From assembly GCA_033763905.1 (NCBI GenBank), contig JANRJP010000075.1:1-62951 (forward strand): 62,951 nt of DNA. Reading direction: 5' to 3'. A model generated the notes under the pieces. That model did no database searches. It was given only the letters and a program-made list of their open reading frames with translations, and was not told the DNA's origin. The translations under genes were made by a program, and so were the position numbers. Origin of the DNA: Gemmatimonadaceae bacterium (GTDB lineage Bacteria; Gemmatimonadota; Gemmatimonadetes; Gemmatimonadales; Gemmatimonadaceae). This document shows, in pieces, positions 7,922 through 20,926 of this stretch (positions are counted from its first letter, which is position 1; each line of letters starts with the position of its first letter).

Positions 7922-10429
7922 TCACACCGCACGCGCGAAGTGTCCGCGGGTGAACTGGCCATTGGTGAGCCCCTTGAGGGGGCCGAGCGATGGCGCGGTG
8001 CCGCGCACCACATCCGTCAACGCGGCGCAATACGCCGCCGTGATCGCCCGCACGTCGTCGCCCGGGACGTTGAACACCGCGCGGTAGCGTGACACGCCCG
8101 CATCCCACAGGGCGCGGAGATACTCCACGCCCACCACCGGCCGCGAGTGCAGCAGGCGATTGCGGCAAGCGTAGTCCGTCGCCACCGGGAACTGATACCC
8201 CGCCGGGTCGGTGAGTTCGACGTTGGTGTGCTTCTTCACGCACAGATCGCGACAGGTCGTGGGCACGCGATCGAACGACGCCGACAACACGCAGTGCTCG
8301 ATCGTCATTCCCTCGGGCCGGCCGTGAACGAACACTTCGAAGCCCGCGCCACCCCACGGGGCCACGAGCGCGCCGAGTTCGTCGGCGGTCAGTTCGACCG
8401 ACGGGACGATCGCCGACGCGCCCAGACGGAAGAGTTCCTGCGCGCTGAACGGATTGAACACGTTCGTCGCGTAGTCGGCAATCACGTCGCGCCCTTGCGC
8501 CGACAACTCCGCCACCAAGCCCACGTGCCCGCTGACGAAACCGACATCGAGCGCCAGCCACTTCTGGGCGTGCGGTCGATCATCGGGCCGCAGAATCGTC
8601 GGCGTCCGCAGTCGGAACCCGATGCCTCGCGACGCCAGCGTGTCGCGCAACGCCAACACGCGCGACACTGGCGGCATCGGGTGCCGCAGGAAGACGTCGA
8701 GCACGATCTCGCTGGCGCCCCCCTCGGCGGCCGCGAGCGCGTCATCGATCGTGAAGACCTCCACCGCGAGCGAGGCGGTGTCCGGCATCGCCTCGCGACG
8801 GCGCGATGCCGCATCGGCGTGCAGCGCGGCCATCGCCGCGGCAACACGCGCCTCCCGCTCGGCCACCTCCGCACCGTGCGCCCAATCGCGCCGCAGCGCG
8901 AGCTCCTCGACCACCGCCTGGCGGATGTGATTGAGCTCCGAGACCGGGAGGAACAGTCCGGGCGCCAAGCCGGAGGTGTCGAGCGCGCCAAGCGTGAACG
9001 GCGTCTCGCCCAGGCGGCCGAACTGCTGACGCAAGCGCGCATCGTCGAGGCCGTGCTGCTTCGCCGGTTCCAAGCCCGCGTCGCTCCGCACGGTGACGGT
9101 CTCGCCATCGGCCGACGCGATCACCTTGAGCGGCCCGCCCGCGGCCCCAAAACAGCGCAGGTCGAGCCGCACCCGCGACTCGGGCCGCACGTTGGCCAGT
9201 CGCGCGAAGCTCGCACGCGCACGCTCCAGCAGCGCCGCGTGGCTCGACCGCACCACGACCCAGCCCTCGGGTGCCTGCACCCGGGTCACCAGCGCCTGCC
9301 GCACCCCGCCATGGGGCGCGGTGCCAAGGAATCGGGTCTCGCCGATCACGAAGCCGGTGTTACCAAGCCGAGCGCCATCCGGCGCTTCGAGGCCGATGCC
9401 GTCGCCGGTCAGCAGCGGCTGCGACACCTCTACAACCAGCGCGTCGGCATCTCGGCCGACCACCGTCCCGAGCACCACCCCGCGGTTATCCGGGTGACCG
9501 CGCGTGATGTAGTCGCGACCGACGCGGCCCCCGTACATCCCGCCGGTGTTGCCGCGCGAGAAGATCTGCACGAGCGGCTCCGTCTCGGCGGGCGCGAGTG
9601 GGGCCCAAGTCCCAGACGCGACGCGGTCGAGCAGCGCGCGGTACGTCTGCGTGACGGTGGCGACGTACTCGGGCTTCTTCTTGCGGCCTTCCACCTTGAG
9701 ACAGCCCACACCCAACTCGGCGATCTCGGCGAGATGATCGTGGGCCGCCAGGTCCTTGGCCGAGATCAGGAAGCCGCGATCGAGCTCCTGCCCGTTGGCG
9801 AGATCGGTCAGGACGTAATCCTTCCGACAGGACTGGGCGCAGGACCCGCGATTGGCACTGCGCTCGCTGATCATCCCGCTCATCAGGCACTGCCCGCTGT
9901 ACGAGATGCACAACGCCCCGTGCACGAACGTTTCGAGCCCGATCTCGGGTACCGCCTCGCGAATGGCGCGAATGTCGGCCAGCGTGTTCTCGCGGGCCAG
10001 CACCACGCGTTCAATGCCGAGGCCGGCCATCACCCGCGCGCCGGATGGGTCGTGCACCGTCATCTGCGTGGAGCCGTGGATCTCGAAACCCGGGTACACC
10101 GCCTGAATCAGCCGTACCGCGCCCACATCCTGCACAATCGCTGCATCGATGCCGCGCGCGATGCACTCGCCCAGATGCACCAGTGCGTCGGTCAATTCCT
10201 GCGGCTTGATCAGCACGTTGAAGGTCAGGTACACCCGCGTCCCATTGGCGTGCGCAATGCGGCAGGCCACCTCGAGATCGGCGAGCGTGAACTGCGCGCC
10301 TTCGTCGCGCGCATTGAACTTTTCGACGCCGAGGTAGACCGCGTCCGCGCCGTTGGCCACTGCCGCGCGCACCGCATCGAGCGAGCCCGCGGGCGCCAGG
10401 AGTTCCGGAATCCGTTCGCGCGTGGCCAC
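7922..10429 (-). CDS. U32 peptidase family with DUF3656, RlhA-like rRNA hydroxylation protein
   Basis: PELLAPAG, HGALCISYSGQC, NRGSCAQSCR, LKVEGR; ~835-aa long form. Confidence 0.85.
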   Translation of the reverse strand: MATRERIPELLAPAGSLDAVRAAVANGADAVYLGVEKFNARDEGAQFTLADLEVACRIAHANGTRVYLTFNVLIKPQELTDALVHLGECIARGIDAAIVQDVGAVRLIQAVYPGFEIHGSTQMTVHDPSGARVMAGLGIERVVLARENTLADIRAIREAVPEIGLETFVHGALCISYSGQCLMSGMISERSANRGSCAQSCRKDYVLTDLANGQELDRGFLISAKDLAAHDHLAEIAELGVGCLKVEGRKKKPEYVATVTQTYRALLDRVASGTWAPLAPAETEPLVQIFSRGNTGGMYGGRVGRDYITRGHPDNRGVVLGTVVGRDADALVVEVSQPLLTGDGIGLEAPDGARLGNTGFVIGETRFLGTAPHGGVRQALVTRVQAPEGWVVVRSSHAALLERARASFARLANVRPESRVRLDLRCFGAAGGPLKVIASADGETVTVRSDAGLEPAKQHGLDDARLRQQFGRLGETPFTLGALDTSGLAPGLFLPVSELNHIRQAVVEELALRRDWAHGAEVAEREARVAAAMAALHADAASRRREAMPDTASLAVEVFTIDDALAAAEGGASEIVLDVFLRHPMPPVSRVLALRDTLASRGIGFRLRTPTILRPDDRPHAQKWLALDVGFVSGHVGLVAELSAQGRDVIADYATNVFNPFSAQELFRLGASAIVPSVELTADELGALVAPWGGAGFEVFVHGRPEGMTIEHCVLSASFDRVPTTCRDLCVKKHTNVELTDPAGYQFPVATDYACRNRLLHSRPVVGVEYLRALWDAGVSRYRAVFNVPGDDVRAITAAYCAALTDVVRGTAPSLGPLKGLTNGQFTRGHFARAV

Positions 10430-10432
10430 CGG

Positions 10433-10639
10433 TCAGCGCTCCGTCTCGTCGGCAGTCACCGTCGGGGCGCGCGGCGTGCGCCAGAATCGCAACGCGGCCG
10501 CGATACCCACGACCGCAATGCCCCACCACCGCAGCCGCATACTCTCGGTCCGCACGCCCGCACCGAACAGCACGAGGCCCGCCGCCGCCACCACCAGCTT
10601 GGCGATCGTCGGAGTGCCCAGGCGCTCGAATGCGGTCAC
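10433..10639 (-). CDS. Small two-TM hypothetical protein
   Basis: GTG start; two hydrophobic segments; fills the gap in the operon. Confidence 0.55.
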   Translation of the reverse strand: MTAFERLGTPTIAKLVVAAAGLVLFGAGVRTESMRLRWWGIAVVGIAAALRFWRTPRAPTVTADETER

Positions 10640-10649
10640 CGGCGCCGGC

Positions 10650-11027
10650 TCAGTACGCGGTGGGAAGACCGGCGCGCACGGCGTCGGCCTCATCGACATC
10701 GAGCACCAGACGCAGCATCGACGTCGAAAACACCTTGCCCTGCGCATCGGTCTTGAGCGACAGCGTGCCGCCGCCGTCGAGCGCGCCGTGCAACAGGAAG
10801 TTCAGCGCCCAGAGGTTCGGCAGTTCGAACCGCTGCACGTCGCCGGTGATGACCCCGCGGTAATGCTCGGCGACCCGCGCCTGCGTCAGGTACTTCGCCA
10901 GCACCGGGTACAAGCGCTCCTCCAGCGCGATCACGCCGACATTCGCCGTGTCGCCCTTGTCTCCGGAGCGGGCGTGCGCGATGTCGAGCAGGCGCACCTT
11001 CACCGTCTTGCTCGCGTGCGTGCTCAT
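10650..11027 (-). CDS. AtuA C-terminal-like small protein
   Basis: [15 protein letters not shown]...LDGGG..SL..D.QGK; overlaps the atuA stop. Confidence 0.85.
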   Translation of the reverse strand: MSTHASKTVKVRLLDIAHARSGDKGDTANVGVIALEERLYPVLAKYLTQARVAEHYRGVITGDVQRFELPNLWALNFLLHGALDGGGTLSLKTDAQGKVFSTSMLRLVLDVDEADAVRAGLPTAY

Positions 11028-12397
11028 ACGAGGGCAACCTCCGGGGTCACGACCGTCTTGTCGACCAGCGCCGGCCAGTAGGCCACGATCTCTTCCACCT
11101 TGGGACGCCCCCCGGCGAACCCAGTGACGCTTGGCGGACCAGTGAGGACGAGCGGCGCGATCTCGCGCGTGAAGCGCTCCACCATCGCGCGGTCGCCACT
11201 CCGCACGCCGACGCGCAACTGCACCTCGGGAATCTCACGAATCCAGGGCGCGGCCTCGGCTCCGGCCAGCGGGCCGTGGGTGGCTGTGACTCCGACGTAC
11301 TCGGTCAGGATCGTGTCGAATCGCAGGCCGAGACGATCGAGCCGTTCGCGCAGGACGCGGTCGGCGACCTGCGCCTTCTCGAGCGCATCGGGCCAGCTGT
11401 AGACGAGCGTGCCCACGGCCTTGTAGCCCGACTTGTAGGCAATGGACACCTTGAGCTTGTCGGTCTCGGCGCGACCCGTGATCCCGTGAACACGCACCCG
11501 ATCGTTGCCCAGGTCGTCGAGGCGAATCGACGTGAAATCGGCGACGACGTCCGGCGTGATGTAGGCATTCGGGTCGCCCATCTCGTACACCAGCTGCTCG
11601 CTCACCGTCTGCCGCGTGACGCGACCGCCGGTGCCGGGGTGCTTGGTCACGATGAACGTGCCGTCAGCGTGTCCCTCGACGATCGGAAAGCCCACATCGC
11701 CGAGGTCCGGCGTGTTCCGCCAGTCCCACAAGCAATTGCCGCCGGAGGCTTGTGCGCCGCACTCGATGATATGCCCCGCAATGATGCCGGCGGCCATCTT
11801 GTCGTAGTCCTGCGGCGACCAGCCGAACTCGTGGCGCAACGGCGCCATCGTCAGCGCGGTGTCCGTCGAACGGCCCGTGATCACCACGTTGGCCCCGCGC
11901 CGCAGCGCCTCGACGATCGGCCCGCTGCCGATGTACGCATTGGCCGAGAGGACGCGGTCGCGGACCGTGGAGAGCGGTTCGCCGGTGTCCATCGACCGCA
12001 GCTCGTGGCCCGCGGCCGTCAGTGCGTCGAGTCGCGGCAGCAGATCATCGCCGGTGACGACGCCGATCACGATCTTGTCGCTGACGCCGTGCTTCACCGC
12101 GACCGCACGAATGGCCTGCGCGCAGGCGACAGGATTCACGCCGCCGGCATTCGCGATGACCTTCACGCCACGATGCGCGACGGCTGGCAGCACGCTCTCG
12201 AACGCGCCGACGAAGTCTCGCGCGTAGCCCATCTGCGGATCGCGCTCCTTCTGCTTCTGCAGAATGGACATCGTGACCTCGGCCAGATAGTCGAGCATCA
12301 GGTAATCCACGGGCCCGCCTTCAACCTGCCGGCGCGGCGCTTCGAGCCAGTCACCCCAAAACCCCTGCCCGGCGGCGACCCGCACGATCTTGCTCAT
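11024..12397 (-). CDS. AtuA family (DUF1446) protein
   Basis: [63 protein letters not shown] at 12397 (ATGA overlap). Confidence 0.9.
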   Translation of the reverse strand: MSKIVRVAAGQGFWGDWLEAPRRQVEGGPVDYLMLDYLAEVTMSILQKQKERDPQMGYARDFVGAFESVLPAVAHRGVKVIANAGGVNPVACAQAIRAVAVKHGVSDKIVIGVVTGDDLLPRLDALTAAGHELRSMDTGEPLSTVRDRVLSANAYIGSGPIVEALRRGANVVITGRSTDTALTMAPLRHEFGWSPQDYDKMAAGIIAGHIIECGAQASGGNCLWDWRNTPDLGDVGFPIVEGHADGTFIVTKHPGTGGRVTRQTVSEQLVYEMGDPNAYITPDVVADFTSIRLDDLGNDRVRVHGITGRAETDKLKVSIAYKSGYKAVGTLVYSWPDALEKAQVADRVLRERLDRLGLRFDTILTEYVGVTATHGPLAGAEAAPWIREIPEVQLRVGVRSGDRAMVERFTREIAPLVLTGPPSVTGFAGGRPKVEEIVAYWPALVDKTVVTPEVALV

Positions 12398-13995
12398 CGA
12401 ACCTCCATCGGCAGCACAAAGGCGCCGAGATGCGGCCCCGGATTCTGCAGGCACGCGCGCAGCGCCATCGCCAGCGTATCGCGGGTGTCTTCGGGGTGAA
12501 TGATCGCGTCCACGTAGCCGCGCGCGGCGGCGTACTTGGCGTCGAGTTGGTGTTCGTAGTCCTCGCGCATCGCCTGCATCGCCTCGGCGAGTTCCGGCGA
12601 CGGATTGCCCTTGGCCTTGGCGATCGCCGCGCCGTGCACGGCCTGCACCGCCGACTCCCCTTCCATCACCCCCATCCGGCCCGTCGGCCACGAGAAGATG
12701 AAGTCCGGGTCGAAGCCCTGGCCGGCCATCGCGTAGTAGCCCGCACCACTGGCGTGATTCACCGTGAGCACCAGCTTCGGCACCCGCGCCGTCGCCATTG
12801 CCTCGACGAAACGCGCCCCCGCGCGAATGATGCCTTCGTGCTCGGCCTCGCCCCCGACCATAAAGCCGGAGACATCCTGCACAAACAGAATCGGGATCCC
12901 CTGTCGATCGCAGCGATCGATGAAGTACGCGACCTTCTCGGCCGACTCGGCATAGATGATCCCGCCAAAGCGCGGCTTCTCGCCGGCGCGTCCCTTGATG
13001 AGACCGCGCTGATTGGCGATCACCCCGACCGAGATACCCTCGATCTTGCCATCGCCGCAGATCATCTCCTTGGCGAGGTTCGGCTGGAACTCCTCAAGTT
13101 CGCCGCCATCGACGATCGCGCGCAGCACGGCGTGCATATCGTACGACATCCGGTGATCGGCCGGCAGCAGATTATACAGCACATCGGGATCCGCGGGTTC
13201 GTCTTCGACGCGCGCCGGCGAGAACTCGACGATCGGACGCGGGAGCCGATCGATCTGCCGGCGCAGCTGCCGCAGACAGTCGTCGTCATTCTCCGCCGTG
13301 TAGTGCGCGACCGCCGACACCTCGGTGTGCGTCACCGCACCGCCCAAGGTCTCGTTGTCGATCGTTTGCCCCGTGGCGCCCTTCACGAGATTTGCGCCGC
13401 CCAGGCCCATGAAGCTCGTGCCCTTCACCATCGTGATGGTGTCGGAGAGTGCCGGTAGATAGGCGCCGCCCGCGACGCAGGGCCCCATCACCGCCGCGAG
13501 CTGCGGCACCCGCAGGTATCGCCGCATGATGGAGTTGTACTGGAAGATCCGCGCGGCGCCGTACTGACCGGGGAACACGCCACCCTGATAGGGCAGATTC
13601 ACGCCGGCCGAGTCGACGAGATACACGATCGGAATCCGACAGCGCATCGCGATTTCCTGCGCACGAAGAATCTTGGGAATCGTTTCCGGCCACCACGAAC
13701 CGGCCTTGACCGTCGCGTCGTTGGCCACGATCACCACTTCCCGACCGTGCACGCGGCCGATGCCGGTGATCACGCCGACGCCCGGCGCCTGCCCCTCGTA
13801 CTGATCGTACGCCACGAACAGGCCGATCTCGATGAAGCGCGACCCGTCATCGATCAGCCGCTCCACCCGCTCGCGCGCGGTGAGCTTGCCCTTCTCGTGT
13901 TCCTTCGCTGCACGCGCCGGGCCACCGCCCTGACGCAACGTGGCTTCGAGCGCGCGGACTTCGTCGCTCAGTGTCCGCAGTCGGCTGGCACTCAC
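12394..13995 (-). CDS. Acyl-CoA carboxylase carboxyltransferase (beta) subunit
   Basis: [46 protein letters not shown] at 13995. Confidence 0.92.
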   Translation of the reverse strand: MSASRLRTLSDEVRALEATLRQGGGPARAAKEHEKGKLTARERVERLIDDGSRFIEIGLFVAYDQYEGQAPGVGVITGIGRVHGREVVIVANDATVKAGSWWPETIPKILRAQEIAMRCRIPIVYLVDSAGVNLPYQGGVFPGQYGAARIFQYNSIMRRYLRVPQLAAVMGPCVAGGAYLPALSDTITMVKGTSFMGLGGANLVKGATGQTIDNETLGGAVTHTEVSAVAHYTAENDDDCLRQLRRQIDRLPRPIVEFSPARVEDEPADPDVLYNLLPADHRMSYDMHAVLRAIVDGGELEEFQPNLAKEMICGDGKIEGISVGVIANQRGLIKGRAGEKPRFGGIIYAESAEKVAYFIDRCDRQGIPILFVQDVSGFMVGGEAEHEGIIRAGARFVEAMATARVPKLVLTVNHASGAGYYAMAGQGFDPDFIFSWPTGRMGVMEGESAVQAVHGAAIAKAKGNPSPELAEAMQAMREDYEHQLDAKYAAARGYVDAIIHPEDTRDTLAMALRACLQNPGPHLGAFVLPMEVR

Positions 13996-14399
13996 GCGGA
14001 CTGGTGCTCCGCGAACCACGCCTGGATGTACGCGATCAGATCGCCGGTCGATGTCCCCGGACCGAAGAGCTTGCCGACGCCTTGTGCTTCCAGCGCCGCC
14101 ATATCCTCCTTCGGGATGATGCCGCCGCCCGTGAGCAGAATGTCCTCGCGCCCCTGCTCCTTGAGCAGCGCGAGCACGCGGGGGAACAGCGTCATATGGG
14201 CCCCGCTCAGGATCGACAGCCCGACCACATCGACGTCTTCCTGCACAGCGGCGGTGGCGATCATCTCCGGCGTCTGGTGCAGCCCGGTGTAGATGACTTC
14301 CATCCCCGCATCCCGGAGTGCAGCGGCGACAACCTTGGCCCCACGGTCGTGGCCGTCGAGGCCTGGCTTGGCAACGAGTACGCGAATCGGACGCGACAT
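13992..14399 (-). CDS. Cobalamin-binding small subunit of acyl-CoA mutase (IcmB/MCM-C type)
   Basis: [10 protein letters not shown] (DxHxxG), [15 protein letters not shown]. Confidence 0.93.
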   Translation of the reverse strand: MSRPIRVLVAKPGLDGHDRGAKVVAAALRDAGMEVIYTGLHQTPEMIATAAVQEDVDVVGLSILSGAHMTLFPRVLALLKEQGREDILLTGGGIIPKEDMAALEAQGVGKLFGPGTSTGDLIAYIQAWFAEHQSA

Positions 14400-14495
14400 C
14401 GGCAAATCACGGTGGTGGTCACGTGCGCCGAGGGTCGGCGCAGCACAGTCCAGCCGTGGAAAACTAGTCAGCCGCGCCCAGTTGCGTGAGGAAAA

Positions 14496-15092
14496 TCAGC
14501 CCGGCTTGCGCGCCGGAGCGGCCGCCTTGCCCTTGGGCGCAGGCTTCTCCGGCGGTTTCGGGAGCGGCTTCGGGATGCAGGCCCCGCGCGGGCCCGCGTC
14601 CGCGGCGGGCAACAGTGCGCCATCCCAGGTGCCGCCATTGCGAGACCAGCCCAGCGAGACACCCACGGACACCCCCGTGGCGAGCGCCGGCGCCGCGAAT
14701 GGCAGCGACTGGAGCTTCCACGCAGTGGGCTCCGGCGTGACGAGCAGCCCGACGGCCGCGCCAATCACCGTGCCGATGAACGCGCCGCGCGACGCCGAGG
14801 CCGTCCGCGAGCCTTCGCGCCACACGAAACTCTGCGTCACGCAGGCAGCCGGAATGCCCAAGGGCGCAGGTCCGCCGCCCGGCGGAGCGATCCACACGCT
14901 GTCCCCCTGCCAATCGAGCAGTCGCCCTTCGAACGGTCCACCCGGCGCCCAGCGCGGCGCGTGCAAGCGCACGGAGTCGCCAAGCTGTGCAGGGCCCGGA
15001 GGCGGTGGCGACCACGGACGCATCGCCGTCGGCACACAGCCGCCGGCCAGCGTCCCGAGGGTCAGCACTACGAGGGGTCGGAGGGTTCTCAC
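14496..15092 (-). CDS. Hypothetical lipoprotein
   Basis: Basic N-terminus, hydrophobic core, LAGGC lipobox; two later hydrophobic stretches; Pro/Lys tail. Confidence 0.55.
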   Translation of the reverse strand: MRTLRPLVVLTLGTLAGGCVPTAMRPWSPPPPGPAQLGDSVRLHAPRWAPGGPFEGRLLDWQGDSVWIAPPGGGPAPLGIPAACVTQSFVWREGSRTASASRGAFIGTVIGAAVGLLVTPEPTAWKLQSLPFAAPALATGVSVGVSLGWSRNGGTWDGALLPAADAGPRGACIPKPLPKPPEKPAPKGKAAAPARKPG

Positions 15093-15116
15093 CCTCCGGA
15101 GTATCGGACGCTCGCG

Positions 15117-15892
15117 TCAGTCCTTGCGCGCGACGAGCAGCATCTCGCTCGAGCGCCGACGCAGCGGGCGATCGCGCCACCCGTCGAAGGCCTGCTCGAC
15201 GACTAACCCCTGCGCCTGGCACAGCTCGGCCAACCGGGTGGCGGTGTAGAGGCGAATGCGGTGCTCGCGCTCGCCGCTGGTGCGACCGCGCCACGTCGTC
15301 CGGATCTGTAGCACGCCGCTCAGGGGATCGAACGAGCGCTCGTGCCCGACCATCGTGCCGTCGGAGGTCAGCCACCAGTCGCGGCCGAGGAATCGCGCCA
15401 CGACGCCATCGCGGCTCCCACCGTGCCACACGAGGACGCCGCCCGGCTTGAGCACACGGGCCACGTGGCCGATGACCGTCGCGTCATCGTCCGCGCGCTC
15501 GAAGAAGCCGAACGAGGTGAACAGGTTGACCACGACGTCGAAGCGTCCGGACCAGCGCGCCGGCAAGCGACGCATATCGTGCCGGTGGTACGCGGGATTG
15601 CCGCGCGACGCCCCCCGGCGGGCCAGCGCGAGCAACTCGTCGGAATAGTCGACGCCATCCACGGCGAACCCTGCGGCCGCGAGCAGATTGGCGTGGCGCC
15701 CCTGCCCGCAGCCCAGATCCAGCAGGCGGGACCCTGCGGGGAACTCGGCCAACACCTCAACCAGTCGGCGCACCTCGGCTCGCGACGTCGCCGCGCCCAA
15801 GAGCGGATCGAACTCGGTGAGATACCGCGAGTCGAAGTACTCAGCCCACCACGGCTGCGCGGTTGCCCCTGGGCGCGTCCTGCGGCCGCGCG

Positions 15893-15896
<4 letters not shown>
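15117..15896 (-). CDS. Class I SAM-dependent methyltransferase
   Basis: LLDLGCGQGRH, DMR, FTSFGFF, LKPGG; family-like WWAEYFD N-terminus requires CTG start at 15896. Confidence 0.88.
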
Positions 15897-17568
<1,672 letters not shown>

Positions 17569-17572
<4 letters not shown>

Positions 17573-18705
17573 TGCGATTCCCCCGTCAACAGCGCCCCAC
17601 TGCGACGCAACAGCGCGTCCGCCACGTGGTAAGGCGTCGTGGTACCGGCCTCGAGCGCCGGCAGTTGCTCCTGCATCCAAGCGGCGGTGGCGGCATCCCG
17701 CCAGAGCCGCTCGCGCACCCGTCGCTCCGACACTTCGACCACCCGCTCGAGCAACCGCGACCGCCGCCGCTCGCGCAACTGGCCCGACGTTTCAAGATAG
17801 GTACGGTGCTTGTCGAGTGCGCCAGCCAGTTCGGCGACGCCGTCGTCCTGTGCCGCCACGGTGCGCAGCACCGGCGGCACCCAGCCCTCGGCCTCGTGCG
17901 GGTCGTGTGCCGCTTCGCGCGCCGCCGCGGCCGGATTCAGCGCCTTTCGTGCCTGATCGCGCTCCGCCGCCGACAGCTGCCGCAGATCCACCCCGTGATG
18001 CGCTGGCACACGGCCGGTCACGCCCATCCGCATCCCCAGCATCACTTCGAGCTCCGTCCGCAGCCGATCCGCCCCTGGGCGATCCGACTTGTTGACCACG
18101 AACAGGTCGGCGATCTCCATCAAGCCGGCCTTGAGTGTCTGAATCGAGTCGCCGCTTTCGGGCACGAGCACGACCACCGACGTGTCGGCGGTGCGGGCCA
18201 CATCCAGCTCCGTCTGGCCAACGCCGACCGTCTCGATCAGGATGTCGTCGAACCCAAAGGCGTCGATCACATCGGCGACCTCGCGCGTCGCGGCGGCGAG
18301 ACCACCGAGAGAGCCGCGCGTCGCCATCGAGCGAATGAAGATCCCCGGATCGAGCGCGATCCGCTCCATTCGGATGCGATCTCCCAACAGGGCCCCACCG
18401 GTGAACGGCGAGGTGGGATCGACCGCGAGAATCGCGACCGTCCGTCCGGCCTGGCGGAGATGCGCGGCCAGCGCGGTCGTCAGCGTGCTCTTCCCCGCCC
18501 CCGGCGGTCCGGTCATCCCGACGCGCCGAGCGCGACCCACGCGTGGGTGAAGCGCGGCGAGCAGCGTGTCGAACCCGGCGCGCTGGTTCTCGACGATCGA
18601 GCAGGCGCGGGCCAACGCATACGGCTTGCGCGCCGAGAACTCGGCGAGGAGCCGCTCGTGCGGGGCCGCCGCCGGCGTGGCCGGCACTCCCAGTTCAGTG
18701 CTCAC
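17569..18705 (-). CDS. meaB: MeaB/ArgK GTPase, mutase chaperone
   Basis: GPPGAGKST, AVDPTSPFTGGALLGDRIRM, ETVGVGQ, NKSD. Confidence 0.93.
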
Positions 18706-19679
18706 GCGGCGTGGTGGCCGGGCCGCGGGAGCGGATCGTCGTGTTCATCGCGAATGTCGCCCACCAGTTCCTCGAGCAGATCTTCCAGCGTGACAATACC
18801 GAGCACCGGACCGGTGCCGTCACGAACCAACGCGAACTGCCGCCCGTTCCGGAGCATCGAAAAGAGCAGCTCGTTGCAGGGCAGGTCCGGCGACGCCGAC
18901 GACACCGGGCGGAGCCGCGGGAGGCGTTCGCCGCGCGCGCGGAGCACGTCCATCGACAGCGCGAGCCCGGCGACGTCATCGAGCGACCCGCGCACGACCG
19001 GCACCCGCGACCACGCCTGCTGCGCAATCCGACGCGCCATCTCCCGAGGCGGGAGCGAGGCATCGACGGTGAACACCGCCTCACGCGGCGTCATCACGTC
19101 GCGGACGCGCTTCTCGGCAAACGCCACCACGCCCGAGATGATCGCAATCTCTTCCGCTTCCCCGACGCCCTCGAGCGTCCCCTCGCGCAACAGATCAGCG
19201 ATCTCGTCTCGCGCCTCGTCGGCGGCGGAGACCGGTGGGTGCGCGCGTCGGAGCCCGCGGGTGAAGCGCTCGGCCAGCGCCACCGCAGGGCGCGTGATCG
19301 CCGCCGCGACGGCCAGCACGGGCAGGAGCGCCCCCAGCACCACGGTGGCCCAGCGACGCGCGAAGGCTCGAGGCAGCAACTCGCCAGCGACGGCGATGCC
19401 CAAGGCCCACAGCGCGATCGAGGCGCCGAGTTGCCACGGGCCGGCGTTGCTGCTCGCCAGCGCGGCGCCGAGCACGAACGACGCCGCCGAGATGCCGGTG
19501 GCGGCCCCCGACAGCAGCCGCTGCGGCCGCTCGAGGTACTCGTCGAGCAAGGCCCAGCCCTTCATCCGTTGCTCGACGCGATGGCGCAACCAGATGCGCG
19601 ATGCGGCACGCAGCGCCGCGGCTCCCGCCGTCAGCACGATGACGATCGCCAAACAGCCCCACGCGACGATCGGTCTCAC
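18702..19679 (-). CDS. CNNM/DUF21-CBS domain protein (no CorC C-terminal domain)
   Basis: GELLP.AFA, VRDVMTPR, SRVPV, GIVTLEDLLEELVGDIRDEHD. Confidence 0.82.
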   Translation of the reverse strand: MRPIVAWGCLAIVIVLTAGAAALRAASRIWLRHRVEQRMKGWALLDEYLERPQRLLSGAATGISAASFVLGAALASSNAGPWQLGASIALWALGIAVAGELLPRAFARRWATVVLGALLPVLAVAAAITRPAVALAERFTRGLRRAHPPVSAADEARDEIADLLREGTLEGVGEAEEIAIISGVVAFAEKRVRDVMTPREAVFTVDASLPPREMARRIAQQAWSRVPVVRGSLDDVAGLALSMDVLRARGERLPRLRPVSSASPDLPCNELLFSMLRNGRQFALVRDGTGPVLGIVTLEDLLEELVGDIRDEHDDPLPRPGHHAA

Positions 19680-20926
19680 AGGAGCGCCTCGTCGTCGTCG
19701 GTCGGCGCGGCCGGCACCGGTTCGAGATACACGCGCGCGACGCCGCGGCGACGGACGCGCTCCACCACGACGCGGTAGCCCTCGATCTCCACTGCCTCCC
19801 CCGGACGCGGTACGCGACCAAGCTCAGCCAGCACCAGCCCGCCGATCGTCGCAATGCCATCGCGCTCGAACGGCCGCTCGGTCACCTCCGCAAGCCGCGT
19901 CAGACTCGTCCGGCCATCGACCCAGAAGACGCCGTCGTCGCCGCTCTCGATCTCGACGGCGGCATCGTCGGTCTCGTCGCGAATGTCGCCAACGAGCTCT
20001 TCGAGGAGATCCTCGATCGTCACGATGCCGGCGGTGCCGCCGTACTCGTCGGCGACCACGGCGAAGTGCGTTCCCGACGCGCGAAACTCGCGGAGCAGCG
20101 CATCGCAGGCCTTGCTCGGGGGATAGAACATCACCGGACGCGTGAGCGACTCCCAGCCGGCCTCGGGCTCTTCACCGTCGACCACCGCCGCGAGCAGGTC
20201 TTTCACGAACAGCACGCCGACGATGTCATCGATGGTCTCGCGATAGACCGGCAACCGGGAATGCTGCGCGGCGAGCGCCCGTTCGATCACTTCCGACCAC
20301 GGCGTCCCCTGCGCGATGCCCACGACGTCCACGCGCGGCACCATCACCGCGCGGACCTCGGTATCGCCCAACGCGAACACGCGACGCATCACCCGCTCTT
20401 CGGCCCCCGACACGTCGGCTTCGGCCGCCACGATGGCCGAGAACTGCTCGACGGCCTCTTCGCGATCCTCCTCGTCGGGCACCGGCTCGGGGATGGCGCC
20501 GCGCAACCACCGGTCGAGCGTCACACCCAGGCGCGCGAACGGCGACAGCGCGACCTCGGCCACCTGCACGAACGGCGTGATGCGCTGCAGCCCCTCCGCG
20601 GACATCGCGTCTCCGGCGGCGCGCGCGGTGCTCTCGGTGAGCACCACCACGACCAGCGCGGCGGCCAGCGACAGGGCGGCGGCCTCGAGCCAGCCGCGCG
20701 AGGGGAGGTCCAGCTGAATGCCGATCGCCGCGCCGGCCGCCAACTGCAAGACGCGACGGAGCAAGGTGAGCGACCGATGCGCTTCGTCCCGTCGTCCGAC
20801 GAGGCTTCCGGCGGCGCCGCTCACCGGCGTGCTGTCCGCGATACTGAGCAAGGCGCCATCGGCAAACGCTGCCGCAGACGCGAGGGCGGCGCAGGCCACC
20901 CCAACTGCCGACGGCAACAAACTCAC
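19676..20926 (-). CDS. Hemolysin/CorC family CBS protein
   Basis: VMVPRVD, HSRLPVY, DEYGGTAGIVTIEDLLEELVGDI, CorC_HlyC tail; GTG at 20926 overlaps the ybeY stop. Confidence 0.88.
   Translation of the reverse strand: MSLLPSAVGVACAALASAAAFADGALLSIADSTPVSGAAGSLVGRRDEAHRSLTLLRRVLQLAAGAAIGIQLDLPSRGWLEAAALSLAAALVVVVLTESTARAAGDAMSAEGLQRITPFVQVAEVALSPFARLGVTLDRWLRGAIPEPVPDEEDREEAVEQFSAIVAAEADVSGAEERVMRRVFALGDTEVRAVMVPRVDVVGIAQGTPWSEVIERALAAQHSRLPVYRETIDDIVGVLFVKDLLAAVVDGEEPEAGWESLTRPVMFYPPSKACDALLREFRASGTHFAVVADEYGGTAGIVTIEDLLEELVGDIRDETDDAAVEIESGDDGVFWVDGRTSLTRLAEVTERPFERDGIATIGGLVLAELGRVPRPGEAVEIEGYRVVVERVRRRGVARVYLEPVPAAPTDDDEALL

Noticed and set aside
14400..14495. Possible cobalamin riboswitch upstream of the B12-binding subunit (hairpin TGCGCCGA/TCGGCGCA)
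   Set aside because: Too short and no B12-box or core riboswitch motifs; only a simple hairpin
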